Assembly: GCA_951406725.2 (NCBI GenBank)
Contig: OX597832.1
Span: forward strand, 61,256,001-61,320,000
Direction of reading: 5' to 3'
Source of the DNA: Octopus vulgaris
Taxonomy: Eukaryota
Length of the DNA: 64,000 nt
A program made the position numbers and the translations under genes. A model generated the notes under the pieces. The model did not search any database. It had not been told where the DNA came from and saw only the letters and a list, made by a program, of their open reading frames with translations. Below are positions 1 through 13,380 of this stretch, piece after piece. The stretch's first letter is position 1; each line of letters opens with the position of its first letter.

Positions 1-252
1 GCGTACTGGGGGGGGGGGGTCAATCTAATTATATAGAAACAGTATTTGACTGGTATATTTTATTTTATTGACCTCGGAAATACGACAGGCAAAGTTAACT
101 TCACCGAGACTTGAACTCAGAAACTGTCGGTCCAAATACTGCATGGCATACACCCGCGAATATTAAGGGTTAAAGTAATCCTTAGATCAGTTTTCGTATT
201 CAAGACTTTTCTTGGTAGCTAACATCTTATTTCTAACCATCGTATGTTATAT

Positions 253-445
253 AAGGCGGCGAGCTGGCAGAAACGTTATTATGCAGGACAAAACTTGCTT
301 AGCGGCATTCCTTCCGTCTCTTCTCGTTCTGAGTTCAAAACCCGCTGAGGCCAGCTATGCATTTAATCCTTTCGGTGTCGATAAAATGAGCACCAGTAAA
401 GTACTGCGATCGATGTTGTCCTCTCTCCTCAAAAATGCTGGCATC
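253..445 (+). mobile_element. SINE family B, diverged copy
   Basis: Head aaggcggcgagctggcagaaacgtta, B-box-like gagttcaaa and central cctttcggtgtcgataaaatgagcaccag match the copies at 13023-13255 and 39711-40245. Confidence 0.75.
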
Positions 446-564
446 GGTCCCTGCAACAGACTGACGTTCTGTTCAGAAGGAGTGTTGCGCTCTCAGTCAC
501 TTATGCGCCATAGAAACTAAGTAATCGGTCTTATGAGTACTGAGGTCCAAGAAAAAATTTAAAT

Positions 565-756
565 AGGCGTAGGAGTGGCTGTGTGGTAAGTAGCTTGCTT
601 GCCAACCACATGGTTCCAGGTTCAGTCCCACAGTGTGGCACCTTGGGCAAGTGTCTTTTACTATAGCCCCGGGCCGACCAAAGCCTTGTGAGTGGATTTG
701 GGAGACGGAAACGGAAAGAAGCCCGTCGTATATATGTTTATCTATCTATCTATCTA

Positions 757-809
<53 letters not shown>

Positions 810-1009
810 GTGTGTGTGTTTGTCCCCCAACATCGCTTGACACCCGATGCTGGTATGTTTACGACCCGTAACCTAGCGGTTCGGTAAAAGAGACCGCTAG
901 AATAAGTACTAGGCTTACAAAGAATAAGTCCTGGGGTCGATTTATTCGACTAAAGGTGGTGCTTCAGCATGGCCACAGTCAAATGACTGAAACAAGTAAA
1001 AGAGTAAAA
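565..1009 (+). mobile_element. SINE family A, full length (tRNA-like head, CORE-like segment, internal microsatellite, LINE-like tail)
   Basis: A-box-like tggctgtgtggt and B-box-like ggttcagtccc, then caccttgggcaagtg (resembles the CORE domain), internal (TA)/(TG)n at ~729-820 and tail cagcatggccacagtcaaatgactgaaacaagtaaaaga. At least 7 near-complete copies in the window. Confidence 0.9.
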
Positions 1010-1427
1010 CATATTTTCAGGTATAGAAGCAAATTTTAAGCAAAATGTTAAGCCGACTACAAGGCATCTTTGGAGGACCCAAACTTTCTTGTGAAACGAT
1101 GCAGCAAGATGTGAAAAGAGAGTGACAATGTTTGAATATTTACACCACATGGATACACTACATTCTTTATCAATTTCGATGCCGAATACTATGCTAGTGT
1201 ATTATGTAATAACGACTGTGATGTCGCTACAGAATAAATGGTTAACTAGAGACAAATATTCTCAGCCTAGGAGCCAGAATAACATTCCCTCAATTAAAAT
1301 TACGTTCATCTTAATTTTTGGCAAAAAAGATAAGGGTGACAACTCTGTTGCATGAAATGATTTAAAACAAAATAAATAGCGTATGTATTGCCGCAGTAGT
1401 CTGATGTTTAGATAAATTCGTTGTCAA

Positions 1428-1492
<65 letters not shown>

Positions 1493-1521
1493 TGATGATG
1501 ATGATGATGATAATGAGGATG

Positions 1522-1608
1522 ATACCAGGCTTGCCATCCCTACAGGAAGTGCAAAAAATCGTGTCAACTGGAACGACTCATGTACTGAGAAGAGCATTAT
1601 CGCTGTGA
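1522..1608 (+). mobile_element. 3' coding stub of an R4/Dong-like RLE LINE
   Basis: Translates IPGLPSLQEVQKIVSTGTTHVLRRALSL*, homologous to the C-terminus TPGLTNTYNIQKIALLGTAHILRRTLSIQ* of the element at 57005. It directly follows an (AAT)n/(GAT)n tract. Confidence 0.7.
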
Positions 1609-1710
1609 AAACAACATACATTCATGAATTTATTTATTTATTTATTTATTTAAATATATATTTTACCTGTGAATTTGCGTGTTTAATCTGGGAATACATA
1701 CAATAAATAA

Positions 1711-2219
1711 TTGCTCTGTTGCAGTACCAGGCAGTGGCTCTCATGGCGCCTGATTTTAACTGATTGGAAGTGTTATCATGTACATTGTTTTGTCTTGGTA
1801 TAAAAGATGGGCTACAGCAAATATTCTGCTCAATACCACAGATTTGCTTGTCAGTTGTTTGACCATAACCAGTTCAACATATCCCTTAGTGGCTGACGAT
1901 ATGTACATCTCTGATCATGAACAGAAGTAGTGGGGAAGCATCATAGCCGTGTGTTGAAAGGAATTCTTAGAGGTTTGGATAATTCACCTCTGGAAGCATG
2001 AGTGTTTCGTTTAACTTCCTTAAACAGACCTTATTCAGGGACCTCTTGAGCGGGATGGGCTACTCGACCTGAAGACAATTCTAACTGGGTCCAACCTGCA
2101 AAGTCATGTGCTATCTGTCTTTATATGAAATCATCATGCCATGCGCTTTTGGTTGTGAAGCATGTCCCTGGAGTACCCTTATTAGACGGGTAGTTATGAT
2201 GGGTATATTGGGCTTCGTA
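1711..2219 (+). mobile_element. ~555-bp non-coding interspersed element (family T), copy 1, lacking ~50 nt at the 3' end
   Basis: Colinear along its length with the reverse complement of 47938-48493 (for example gcagtaccaggcagtggctctc and ggtataaaagatgggctacagcaaatattctgctcaataccacagatttgcttg). Runs into (TAA)n. Confidence 0.85.
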
Positions 2220-2239
2220 ATAATAATAATAATAATAGT

Positions 2240-2466
2240 TTCAAATTTTGGCACAAGGCCAGCAAGTTCGGGGATCGGGGTAATCCGATTACATGAACTC
2301 CAGTACTCAACAATTACATCAGTCCCAGTGTTTCACTGGTACTTGATTTATCGACCCCGGAAGGACGAAAGGCAATGTCGACCTCAGCGGAATTTGAACT
2401 CAAAACGTAGCGACGGGCGAAACACCACAAACCATTCCGCCCAGCATGCTAAAGATTCTGCCGTCT
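2240..2466 (-). mobile_element. SINE family B
   Basis: ggtacttgatttatcgaccccggaaggacgaaaggcaatgtcgacctcagcggaatttgaactc is the reverse complement of the family B core. Confidence 0.8.
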
Positions 2467-2468
2467 AT

Positions 2469-3003
<535 letters not shown>

Positions 3004-3577
3004 ACAATTCATCAACGTTCTGTATTTTACAAGTGAACGAACTTTATGGGAATGCACTCCAGTATTCGAGAAGAAGGTGTTGTTGTTAATGTCAATGTTC
3101 TAAGTGAAATAACACTGCTGTAGAGTGTTGTTCAGTACGGAATGTAGGTCTGTAGTATTTCTTATTGTATAATGTGTCTTTGTGGGCGGTTGCGGTGGTG
3201 GTGGTGGTGGTGGTAGGGATGTGAGTCGTACTGAGATGACAGGACAACAAAATGGCTATAAGGGTTAGTATGTCACCGAATAACATAGGGTGGGGACATC
3301 TTGGATTTATTGTCCTTTATTTCCACTTCTCTACTCTGTCGTTTCACTTTTTGCATCCTTAGCTGTGAAGTTGGTACGTTTTCCGTTTTTGCGTTCCTAC
3401 TTTATATTTTCTGCCATTTCTTAAGATTAATTTCCTGGTCTTCCATTGTTTTTTTGTTTCGTTATTCCTGAACTTAACATCGTATCTTATTCAACAATAG
3501 TAAAAGGAAGTAGGGATTGTCAATGCGACTTGGGCGGAACACGTGGCACAAGTGACTTTGTTAAAAGAGCAACAGCA

Positions 3578-3578
<1 letters not shown>

Positions 3579-3611
<33 letters not shown>

Positions 3612-3616
3612 TATAT

Positions 3617-3678
<62 letters not shown>

Positions 3679-3945
3679 GTATTTATATATATATATGTAT
3701 TTCTATATATATTTCTATATATATATATATATATGTATATATTTATATGTATACATAAATGTGTATATATGTGTGTGTGTATATGTATATATATATGTAT
3801 GTATATATGTATATATAAATATGTGCATGTATATATATGTGTGTGTATATATATGCATGTATATATGTATATATATATATGTATGCATATATATATATAT
3901 GTGTATATATATGCATATATATGTATATATATATACATATATATG
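3579..3945. repeat. Compound (TA)n/(TG)n microsatellite, representative of dozens of similar tracts (e.g. 6090-6690, 17400-18030, 18850-19310, 19900-21360, 30500-31030, 36400-36810, 49560-50295, 51528-52910)
   Basis: Directly visible dinucleotide arrays; source of the YIYIY/CVCV ORFs. Confidence 0.95.
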
Positions 3946-3994
3946 GGAAAAAAGTCAAGATAGAAAATGCTAAAATAATTTTATAAAAAACATT

Positions 3995-4033
3995 TTAGTA
4001 CCGGTTTCAGTCACTGAGACTTTTTCAACTGTA
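3995..4033 (-). ncRNA. Putative minimal hammerhead ribozyme, U3-A8 core variant
   Basis: Minus strand reads cag TTGAAAA agtc-tcagt-gact GAAA ccgg TA cta: 4-bp stem II, palindromic stem III (accggt) and a GUA site. Stem I is weak (2 bp). Confidence 0.45.
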
Positions 4034-4134
4034 AGTATGGAAAAACAATTAAATTTGGAAAAATTAAAAGAAAGCGTTTTTTAAAAGAATATTCGTATAG
4101 TGTAAATATATATATTTTATTTTTATGTATTTTA

Positions 4135-4300
4135 TTTTATCTAGTTTCAGCTCACGAGCTGTGGCCATGCTGGGGCACCGCCATTTGGTGTTGCTACATA
4201 ATTTTACTTCACGAATGCTTTTTAGAAAATTGTCATTTGGTGCATGAGAGAATTCGATGCAGCTGCCCTCATCTGCACCTCCTGCCGTGAAGTTGGTTCA
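4135..4300 (-). mobile_element. 3' end of a CR1-like LINE (ORF2 C-terminus plus 3' UTR)
   Basis: Minus strand translates EPTSRQEVQMRAAASNSLMHQMTIF* (resembles the P..RAAxSNSLxxQ terminus of invertebrate CR1-group ORF2), followed by ggcggtgccccagcatggccacagctcgtgagctgaaac, the same tail as SINE A. Confidence 0.7.
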
Positions 4301-4609
4301 AATATAAATAAATAAATAAATATATGTATATATATATATAATACAAAATGAGACAAGAATGCAAAACATCCGGACAAAAAGGGACTGCAAAACATCAAGA
4401 TAGACGATACAAAGATAACAAGGACGGGTTTTCGAAGTTTTCTTTCCTCAGTCAGGCACCAGATTATCCTCGCAATTTCGGCTGATTATTCTTGAGATTG
4501 GTCCAATCTGGCCAGCCCCACGGAAAAAGTAAGCTAAGAACATTAGATTCCTTAGAATAAAGCAGCGAATGTATACAAAAACAAGGACAGATAAAATGGA
4601 CAATGTTAC

Positions 4610-4680
<71 letters not shown>

Positions 4681-4877
4681 CACAGATAAGCATGGCTATC
4701 TGGCTGAAATGTTCGCTTCGAATCCGCGTGGTTGAAGCTGAGTCTCACAGTGTGGGTGTTTGAGCAAATGTCATCTATGCTCTTATAGCCTTGCGCAAAT
4801 TAATACCTTCTGTAAGTACTTTACAGAGTGAAACTGTGTGGAAGCCAGTCTTTCATATACATACATACATACATACA

Positions 4878-4909
<32 letters not shown>

Positions 4910-4910
4910 C

Positions 4911-4977
<67 letters not shown>

Positions 4978-5794
4978 TTTGGTTTGTGTGTGTGTGTTTG
5001 TGTGATTTCAAATTTCGCCGAGGTCGATCTCATGTTTCCTTCTTTCGGGGTCGATAAAATAAATACGCTTTGAGCACTGGGGTTGATGTAATCGGTAAGC
5101 TTACCCTTGTGCCAAATTTCAGGCTTTGTGCCTACAATCGAAAGCAGTATGAATGTGTAGAGGCAACATTCCTGAATGTGATAAAATCTTTCCCAGTCAC
5201 GAGGCCACAGCTTTCATTTCACTGCGTAACATCTTAAGCAAGTACTTTTTTTTAAAATTATGTCTTTGATTCCATACAAAGCTTTGAATGAATAGAAGGA
5301 AACTGAGGAACTATACCTAAAATTTAAAGGTTCGGCTTTGTGACAGGTTGTCACCACATGCACGTTATTTTGGTGTTCAGGTGATCGAAAAACAGAATAT
5401 TCATAGTCGAAGCTGATGGAGATCCATTTAAGTATTGTTTTATGAAAGTGTTTGTGTCTGGACGAAAAATAAAAAAATGTAAGAGAAGTTGAATGTGTGT
5501 GCGTGTGTGTGTTCTTGTGTACGTATGTCTGCGTGTGTTTGTGTGTGTGCGTGTGTGTTAGTGTGTGTTTGTGTGTGTGTTAGTGTGTGTTTTGTGTGTT
5601 GCGTGTGAGCGTGAGCGTGTATGTGTGTTGTACGTGCGTGTATGTACTTATATATTTGTATGTTGTGTGAGAGGATATGTGTATATATGTACTCGTGGCG
5701 TGTGCGTGTACGTGTGTGGCATGTTGTGTATGAGTGTGTACATGTGTGTGTATGTGCGTGCGTGTTGTGTATTTATGTACGTACGTATGCATGT

Positions 5795-5837
<43 letters not shown>

Positions 5838-6121
5838 GAGCGCTTCTAGGCGTCGGAACACTTGTAAGCAAAGCAAGATGTTTAGAATTCCGATAATAGA
5901 GATGATTACGTCTCTCTTTATTTTCCTTTTTTCATTTTTGTAGCTTATGGAAACATAAATAGAAAACTGTTAAGTGATTTAAACGTAAATTTGAACCAGA
6001 AAAATACAACACCACCACAACCACCACCACCACCACCCGCATTATCACTATCAAAATCAACGAATTGCCCACCATAAATGCATACAAATATGTGTATATA
6101 TATATATATATATACATAAAG

Positions 6122-6242
<121 letters not shown>

Positions 6243-6565
6243 AGTATATGCATATATGTATATATACATATACATGTATATATATACATAAAATATATAT
6301 ATGTATACATATATGTATATGTATATATATATGTGTTTATATATATATGTATATATATTTATGTATATATATATATGTGTGTGTGTGTGTGTATGTTTAT
6401 ATATGTACTTATATATGTATATGCATATGTATATGTGTGTCTATATATGTGTATACATATATATATGCACATATATGCATACACACACACACGCATATAT
6501 ATATATATGTATACACACACACATATATATACATATATATAAATACATATACATATATACGTACG

Positions 6566-6625
<60 letters not shown>

Positions 6626-7096
6626 CATAAGTATATATAAATACATACACACGCACACACTCATATGTATGTATGTATGTATGTATATAAGCAATAGTAT
6701 ATAAGCAATAATAAGAGAAGATTTTACATCCAAAGTAAAGAAAGCAAAGAGATTGGGATAACAATCAGAAAACAATGAGGAAACAGAAACAATGAAAGAT
6801 AAACAATGTGCGAAGCACAAGAGATAAAAAGACGACGTTGAGGATAAGTAAAAGAAGGAGGGAGAAGAGAGTAATACGAGAGAGAGAGAGAGAGAGAGGG
6901 AGGAAAAAGAGGGAGTGGAGGAGGTAGAGAGGGAGGTGTGGAGGGAGAGGACGAGAGGCCATTATGAAATGTGGTTGCATTGTTACAGTCTTACAGGGTG
7001 TGTTACTGTAAAATTCCTGAAACTGTTTTGAGATTTCAATAAATGCGTCCGTGTGCGTATGTGTGTAAATGTAAGCATGCATAAGTGTATAGGTAC

Positions 7097-7129
<33 letters not shown>

Positions 7130-7250
7130 CGTATACAGCTATATGTATGCGTATATATATAGTATCTCCCTTTCTCGATATATATATATATACTTTTATA
7201 CATACATACATACATACATACATACATACATACATACACACATACATATA

Positions 7251-7474
7251 TTCTTTTATTCTTTTATGTTTCACTCATTTGACGGCGGCCATGCTGGAGC
7301 ACCGCATTTAGTCGAACAAACCGACCCCGGGACTTATTCTTTGTAAGCCTAGTACTTATTCTATCGGTCCCTTTTGCCGAACCGCCAAGTTACGGGGACG
7401 TGAACACACCAACATTGGTTGTCAAGCGATGTTGGGCGGACAAACACAGACACACTCACACACACACACACACA

Positions 7475-7541
<67 letters not shown>

Positions 7542-7704
7542 GACGGGCTTCTTTCAGTTTCCCTCTATCAAATCCACTCACAAGGCTTTGGTCGGCCCGA
7601 GGCTATATTAGAAGATATCTGCCCAAAGTGCCACGCAGTTGGATTGAATCCGGAACCATGTGGGTGGTAAGCAAGCTACGTACCATACAGCCACTCCTGC
7701 GCCT
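7251..7704 (-). mobile_element. SINE family A, full length
   Basis: Reverse complement of 565-1009, including the internal (CA)/(TA)n. Confidence 0.9.
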
Positions 7705-7762
7705 ATATATATATATATTTATATATATATGATGTATATATATATACATATGTATGTGTATT

Positions 7763-7842
<80 letters not shown>

Positions 7843-8019
7843 CACTTTCGGTTAAAACACCGCCTAGAATTTGTAGTATATTTTTGATATCGATTCCGAA
7901 AGGATGTAACCTAATGTTGACCTCGACAGGTTTTGTACTCATGAGTCAAGCAGTCTGAAACGGATTATGCCTCTTCGCCTATACACACAAATGCATACAC
8001 ACAATCCATGCATACATAC

Positions 8020-8245
8020 AAGATGGCGGTCACTCGTCGTCTGCAGTTTCATGATGAACAACCGGCGCGAGATGATCTACAACGATCAAATGTTTGTGTT
8101 ACACCTCTAACTTGCTCCCTCCATCAAATCAACGTTGCCTGAACAGGTTCATGGTTGTATCACACGTTCGATATCGAAGCGATCGCACTGCAAAGAATGG
8201 GGCGAGAATTTTACTCGAGACAACCCACAAACCATTCCAGGAATT
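8020..8245 (-). pseudogene. Possible highly decayed Tc1-like N-terminal (HTH) fragment
   Basis: Frameshifted pieces GMVCGLSR..., SAIASI..., WRE... and ...DRHLV loosely follow the Tc1 N-terminal pattern; weak. Confidence 0.25.
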
Positions 8246-8343
8246 GAAATCACGATCTAGCGATAGTGAGTACAACACTGTTTCACTAGGCCATATGCAT
8301 ACATACAGGCATACACACACATGCACACACATACACAAATATA

Positions 8344-8420
<77 letters not shown>

Positions 8421-8735
8421 ATATTTATATATATATATATATATATATACGTAAATATGGGACTGTGAGAATGAGTGCTCAATATCACATCAGTTGATAA
8501 AAATTCATTATTTTTATATGAAAGCTACCATTGGTTTCACGTTAAAAGATATCTCAAAAATTCTCCAAGCCGATCGCATACAAAAATTGAGGTTCCTTTC
8601 CGTTTTGGATTAAAACACGAAAATCACAGGAAGTACTTAATTTATCGACCCTCCGGAAGTATTAAAGTTTAAGCCGACACCGACGAAATTTGAACTCAGA
8701 ACATAAAGCAGCTCGCTGCCTTAATGATAATAATG

Positions 8736-8799
<64 letters not shown>

Positions 8800-9123
8800 T
8801 AACGATGATGATGATGATGATGATGATGATGCTAATAACGATCCTTTCTCATATAGTACAAGTTTGAAATTTTGAGGGGAGGGGAAGTTAATTCAATGCT
8901 CAAGTGGTAGTTATTTTATCGATCACTACAGGATGGAAAGCAAATTTGGATTAGGTTGGATAAGAACTCTGAGCATATTATGATAAACTATGACGTGAGG
9001 TAAATATCTTTTGATATGGTTCTTGTCTCTTCTGAACCGAAAAATACGAATAACTGTTGTGGATTTCCCTTAATGCCTTACCTCTTGCATTTCCTCCTAC
9101 CCTGTGTGTGTGTGTGTGCGTGC

Positions 9124-9167
<44 letters not shown>

Positions 9168-9764
9168 AAGTCTGCCTCTATACATATATATAAAACTTCC
9201 GCACATACAATAACAGCCATACCAACAATCCAACATACTTCCATCATCAGCTGCCTCACGGATATCATTATGGTTTCGACACTTGGGCAGTACCGTTCCA
9301 TCCAGCGGTGTCAACTGCACTAAAATAAGTGTTGTTTGGGAACAAAAATACCTTAGATATTACCAAATTCATTCAATCTTAATTCTACGAAGGATTAAAC
9401 ACTAACATCATTAATTAAACTATAATAGAGAAACACATTTACCCTATGTACAAAAGTAGTATCAGTAAATAAATTCAATAAGTAAACCTATAACTAACTC
9501 CTAAATGATCTAACTAAAAAGCAACAGATAATATTCCTACCAGTCTTCCATAGTTATTAATATCAAAGTCAAAGCTTTTATATTCTGTTCTCTCAAAAAC
9601 AAAACAAACTCGATTGAACTTTAATAATATAACTAATTCTATGTGAATTACACTATTTCACAACCCAAACGTTATTAATTAAAACACTACATACGTATAA
9701 AATACGTATATATGTATATATATGTATATATATATACATACACACACGCATATATATATATATA

Positions 9765-9970
9765 CCGCGTGTGTACCGTTGGCGATTTTTTTCCTCCGTC
9801 TTCCCTTCTCTGAATCTTTCCTTTCCTATGTTTCTGACGAAGTGCTCCGCTCGAAACGTTAAGTCCTCCTTCTTCCCTTCCTTCCTGAGCGTCCAATAAT
9901 ACTATATTTGTTCCACGTCCTCGCGTTGTAGTGTGTTTTCTCTTTGTGTTTTCATGTTTGGATTAACTTT
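9765..9970 (+). mobile_element. Hammerhead-bearing short element (family H1, Penelope pLTR-like)
   Basis: Closely similar to 42003-42200 and 47150-47340. Contains gttt CTGACGA a gtgc-tcc-gctc GAAA cgtt at 9830-9860 and ends ggattaacttt(TA)n. Confidence 0.8.
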
Positions 9971-11347
9971 ATATATATATATATACACACACACATATTT
10001 CTATACATGTCTCTATACACACATATTAACATAAGGACGTGCATACTTATATATGTACGTATGAATATACCTACATTCATACACCCTCCCCCATACACAT
10101 ATATCTATACACTACACGTATGGATTATAAATTTTGCTAATATACATACGTATATCTATATAGGTTTAAAAACAGTTATAAACTAAATATTTAATAAAAC
10201 GCAGGGAGTCGATGTTATGCAACGATTTCAGGAGGAGAAGCGGATGGGGGATATAAACTTCCGCTACGGATGAAACAGCAGTCTATCACAGATGGCGCTG
10301 CCATACAATCTCGTGTCTATTCCAAACACAGCTTGAACGAACTGATACCATGTAAAATTGGACTGATATCGTCAAAAAACACAATGATCTGAGTGTATGG
10401 TCGATCATGTGGTATTTCAGGACCCATCTATCTATTCGTTCTTTTCACGTCCATACACAAACGTTTTTAGAATGTTCTCAAATGATGTTTTGATTTAACG
10501 TTGTCTAAACTCTACACCTTATCAAGTACTGAGTGCCTCTTGTATAGTAGCCATTTTGATTCCTTAACTTAGAATATCCGATTTCTGTCGCTCTCTCCGT
10601 TTCTCTGTGTGTATGTGTGTGTGTGTGTGTTTGTGCATGCGTGCGTGTTTATTTACCTGTATGTTTAGAATCTAAGGTCGAGAGGTCGTAGAAGCAAAAA
10701 CCAAAAGTCGTGAGTGGGATGTGGTCCTCCGACTCGTCTAGATGAACAGTACTCCCGATAGTGCTAATTCACATACAATTCGCACACGCACATTCTCTCT
10801 CCCTCTCACACACACACACACGCAGACTTATCATACATTATAAATACAAAATTTGAATAAACAACAATCAGAGCTTCTGTTGGTCCTGGAACTTCTCTTA
10901 AACCCTTCACTTTTCAGTGGACCGCGCTATCGATTATATCAGAGGGGCCCGGAACCGCATTGTGGCCACAACCTGGCCATTGAATATCGTTAGTTCTCCC
11001 CACTTTGTTGTAAGCATTCAGAGTAAATCATTTGCATATGGGAAACACTCGATATTTCAATGCATTTATTTATTTTTTAAAATTTTATTTATTCATTTTT
11101 TTCACATTAGCCCGCCAAGCAAAATGTTTAGCGGCATTTCGTCCGTCTTTAAGTTCTGAGTTTAAATTCCGCCGAGATCGGCTTTGCTGTTCTCTTTTTT
11201 GTGATCGATAAAACAGTCGTCAATTGTGCATTGGGTTCGAAACCATTGGGTTCAGATCCTTATATGGATCCCCAAACGTCATATGGTCCCCGGTTAAGTG
11301 TCAATGGTCGAACACAGTTAGGGGACACATATACCAATAATTATATA

Positions 11348-11493
11348 TGTCCCCGTAACTTACCGGTTTGGCAAAAGAGACCTATAGAATAAGTACTAGG
11401 CTTACAGAGAATAAGTCGTGGGGGTCGATTTGTTCGACTAAAGGTGGTGCTCCAGCACGGCCGCAGTCAAATGACCGAAACAAGTAAAAGAAT
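11348..11493 (+). mobile_element. SINE family A, 3' half
   Basis: gtccccgtaactta...agaataagtactaggcttac...ccgcagtcaaatgaccgaaacaagtaaaaga. Confidence 0.85.
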
Positions 11494-12664
11494 AACGTTA
11501 AAGATTTTAATATAAATGATATCAGATATAAGTTTAGAATCAAACATGCATTCTAAAATTAATCAACTCTTTCTCCATTTCTTTCTGCCATTTGTATTGT
11601 TGAACAAACAATATGATTAGATTGAGATCCGTATCCTAACCTACAGTTAATATCTAGGATGATTGGAAACTCGGACTGAATTTACACTCATACACTGTAG
11701 AACTAAGGGCCAGCCTCTCTCCTTTACTCTTTTTTTTACCATTTATATTGATAAGAAACATGAATCTCGAGATCCGTACCCAACCTAGAATTATCAATTG
11801 GTGTTTCTCTTGTTCGCCTTGGTTTTTCATGCAAGGGTCCTACACTCCTTTTTGGCTAACATAAAAACTTGATAAAACCATAGGAAAGGGTTACACATCG
11901 AAAATCACATCACTACATCAAACTAACCGTCTTCGAATTTTTGAATACGAAGCATACAAAATATTAGAACAAGGAAGTATTGTATATTATCAGAGTATGA
12001 AATGAAGCTTCGTATTCGATAATGTGATATTAATAATTTGTAGTGTATTTAAAACACCTTCTGAAGTAGCCAGAAAACAAGCATTGTTTTATTTGCGTAC
12101 GTTCGTAAATATGTAATGATGTTTCTTTTTCGGATATTTGACGTCAAGAACATAAGAGAATTATTTTGCTTTAATACCATTTTATTGTCTTATTTGGAAC
12201 TTGCTGTTTTTGGTATTAAGGTAACCAAAAAACATGTGATAGTTTGAAGATGTATTCTTAACGAAGTATCTGGCCTCTTGAGTAGATTTTAATTACTAAG
12301 GTGGATAAAAAATACCTTGAAAATGAATATAAAAATGCTTGCACAAAAAAGTACAAGACTACACATTTGTGTTTTAGTAGAAGAAATAACAACAACGACG
12401 ACAAAAATAAATATAAAAAATTAAATAAATAAATGGAACAGGAATGTATTTAGCAAATGAATGTTCACATATACGCTATCTTGCCAAATATTTCGTTGTC
12501 ACATTATTGTGCTGGCAAATACTTGAGATGTCTGTCAGGACGTTGCGCTTGTTAAAGGATAGAGTACGTTTAATTTTAGAACAGAGGTTGGTAAAGTGGT
12601 CAGTGTTGATCCCTGAAGATCTATATAACTATATAAGGGGTCGATAAACACCAGAGACAATTCT

Positions 12665-13255
12665 AAGTACCTAATTTATCGACCCCGAAAGGATGAAAGG
12701 CAAAGTCGGCGGAATTTGAACTCAGAACTTAAAGAAAGACGAAACAGCGCTAAGCAAGGCGGCCTTTAAGTAGAAGCGTTAGAAGGCCGGGCGAAATGCT
12801 TAGCAGCATTGCGTCAGTCTTTATGTTCTGAGTTCAAATTCCGCCGAGGTCGACTTTGCCTTTCATCCTTTCGGGGACGATAAATTAAGTACCAGTTGCA
12901 TACTGGTGGCGATCTAATCGACTGGCCCCCTCCCCAAAAATTTCGGGCCTGTGCCTAAATCAGAATCCACCCCCCGCCAAAAAAAATAACGATAAGTATT
13001 TCGCGCAGCGTGCTAACGTTTCTTATTTCTTTACTACCCACAAGGGGCTAAACACAGAGAAGACAAACAAGGACAGACAAACGGATTAAGTCGATTATTT
13101 CGACCCCAGTGCGTAACTGGTACTTATTTAATCGACCCCGAAAGGATAAAAGCAATGTCGACCTCAGCGGAATTTGAACTCAGAACGTAAAGACAGACGA
13201 AATACCGCTAAGCATTTCGCCCGGCGTGCTAACGTTTCTGCCAGCTCGCCGCCTT
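12665..13255. mobile_element. Nested SINE family B cluster: minus-strand dimer interrupted by a plus-strand copy (12756-~12965)
   Basis: Minus full unit at 13023-13255, restart of a second minus unit at 12993-13022 continuing at 12665-12756, with the plus copy in between. Confidence 0.8.
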
Positions 13256-13380
13256 AATCCCTTTATATTATCATTATCTTATATTATTATCCCTTTATTA
13301 GAATTATAACAGTGGAAGTATAGATTTGTAAAATAATTCTTATTTTGCGATATTAAATGTTCTGCCTTTTCACTTATGAC

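Noticed and set aside
4418-4456. Minus-strand CTGAGGA...GAAA hammerhead-like motif
   Set aside because: Stem II does not close next to the core, and stems I and III are not supported.
9235-9315. Minus-strand ctggatgga...GAAAccataatga...CTGATGA hammerhead-like pieces
   Set aside because: The core has an insertion, stem I does not pair, and the second core lacks a GAAA partner; too decayed to call.
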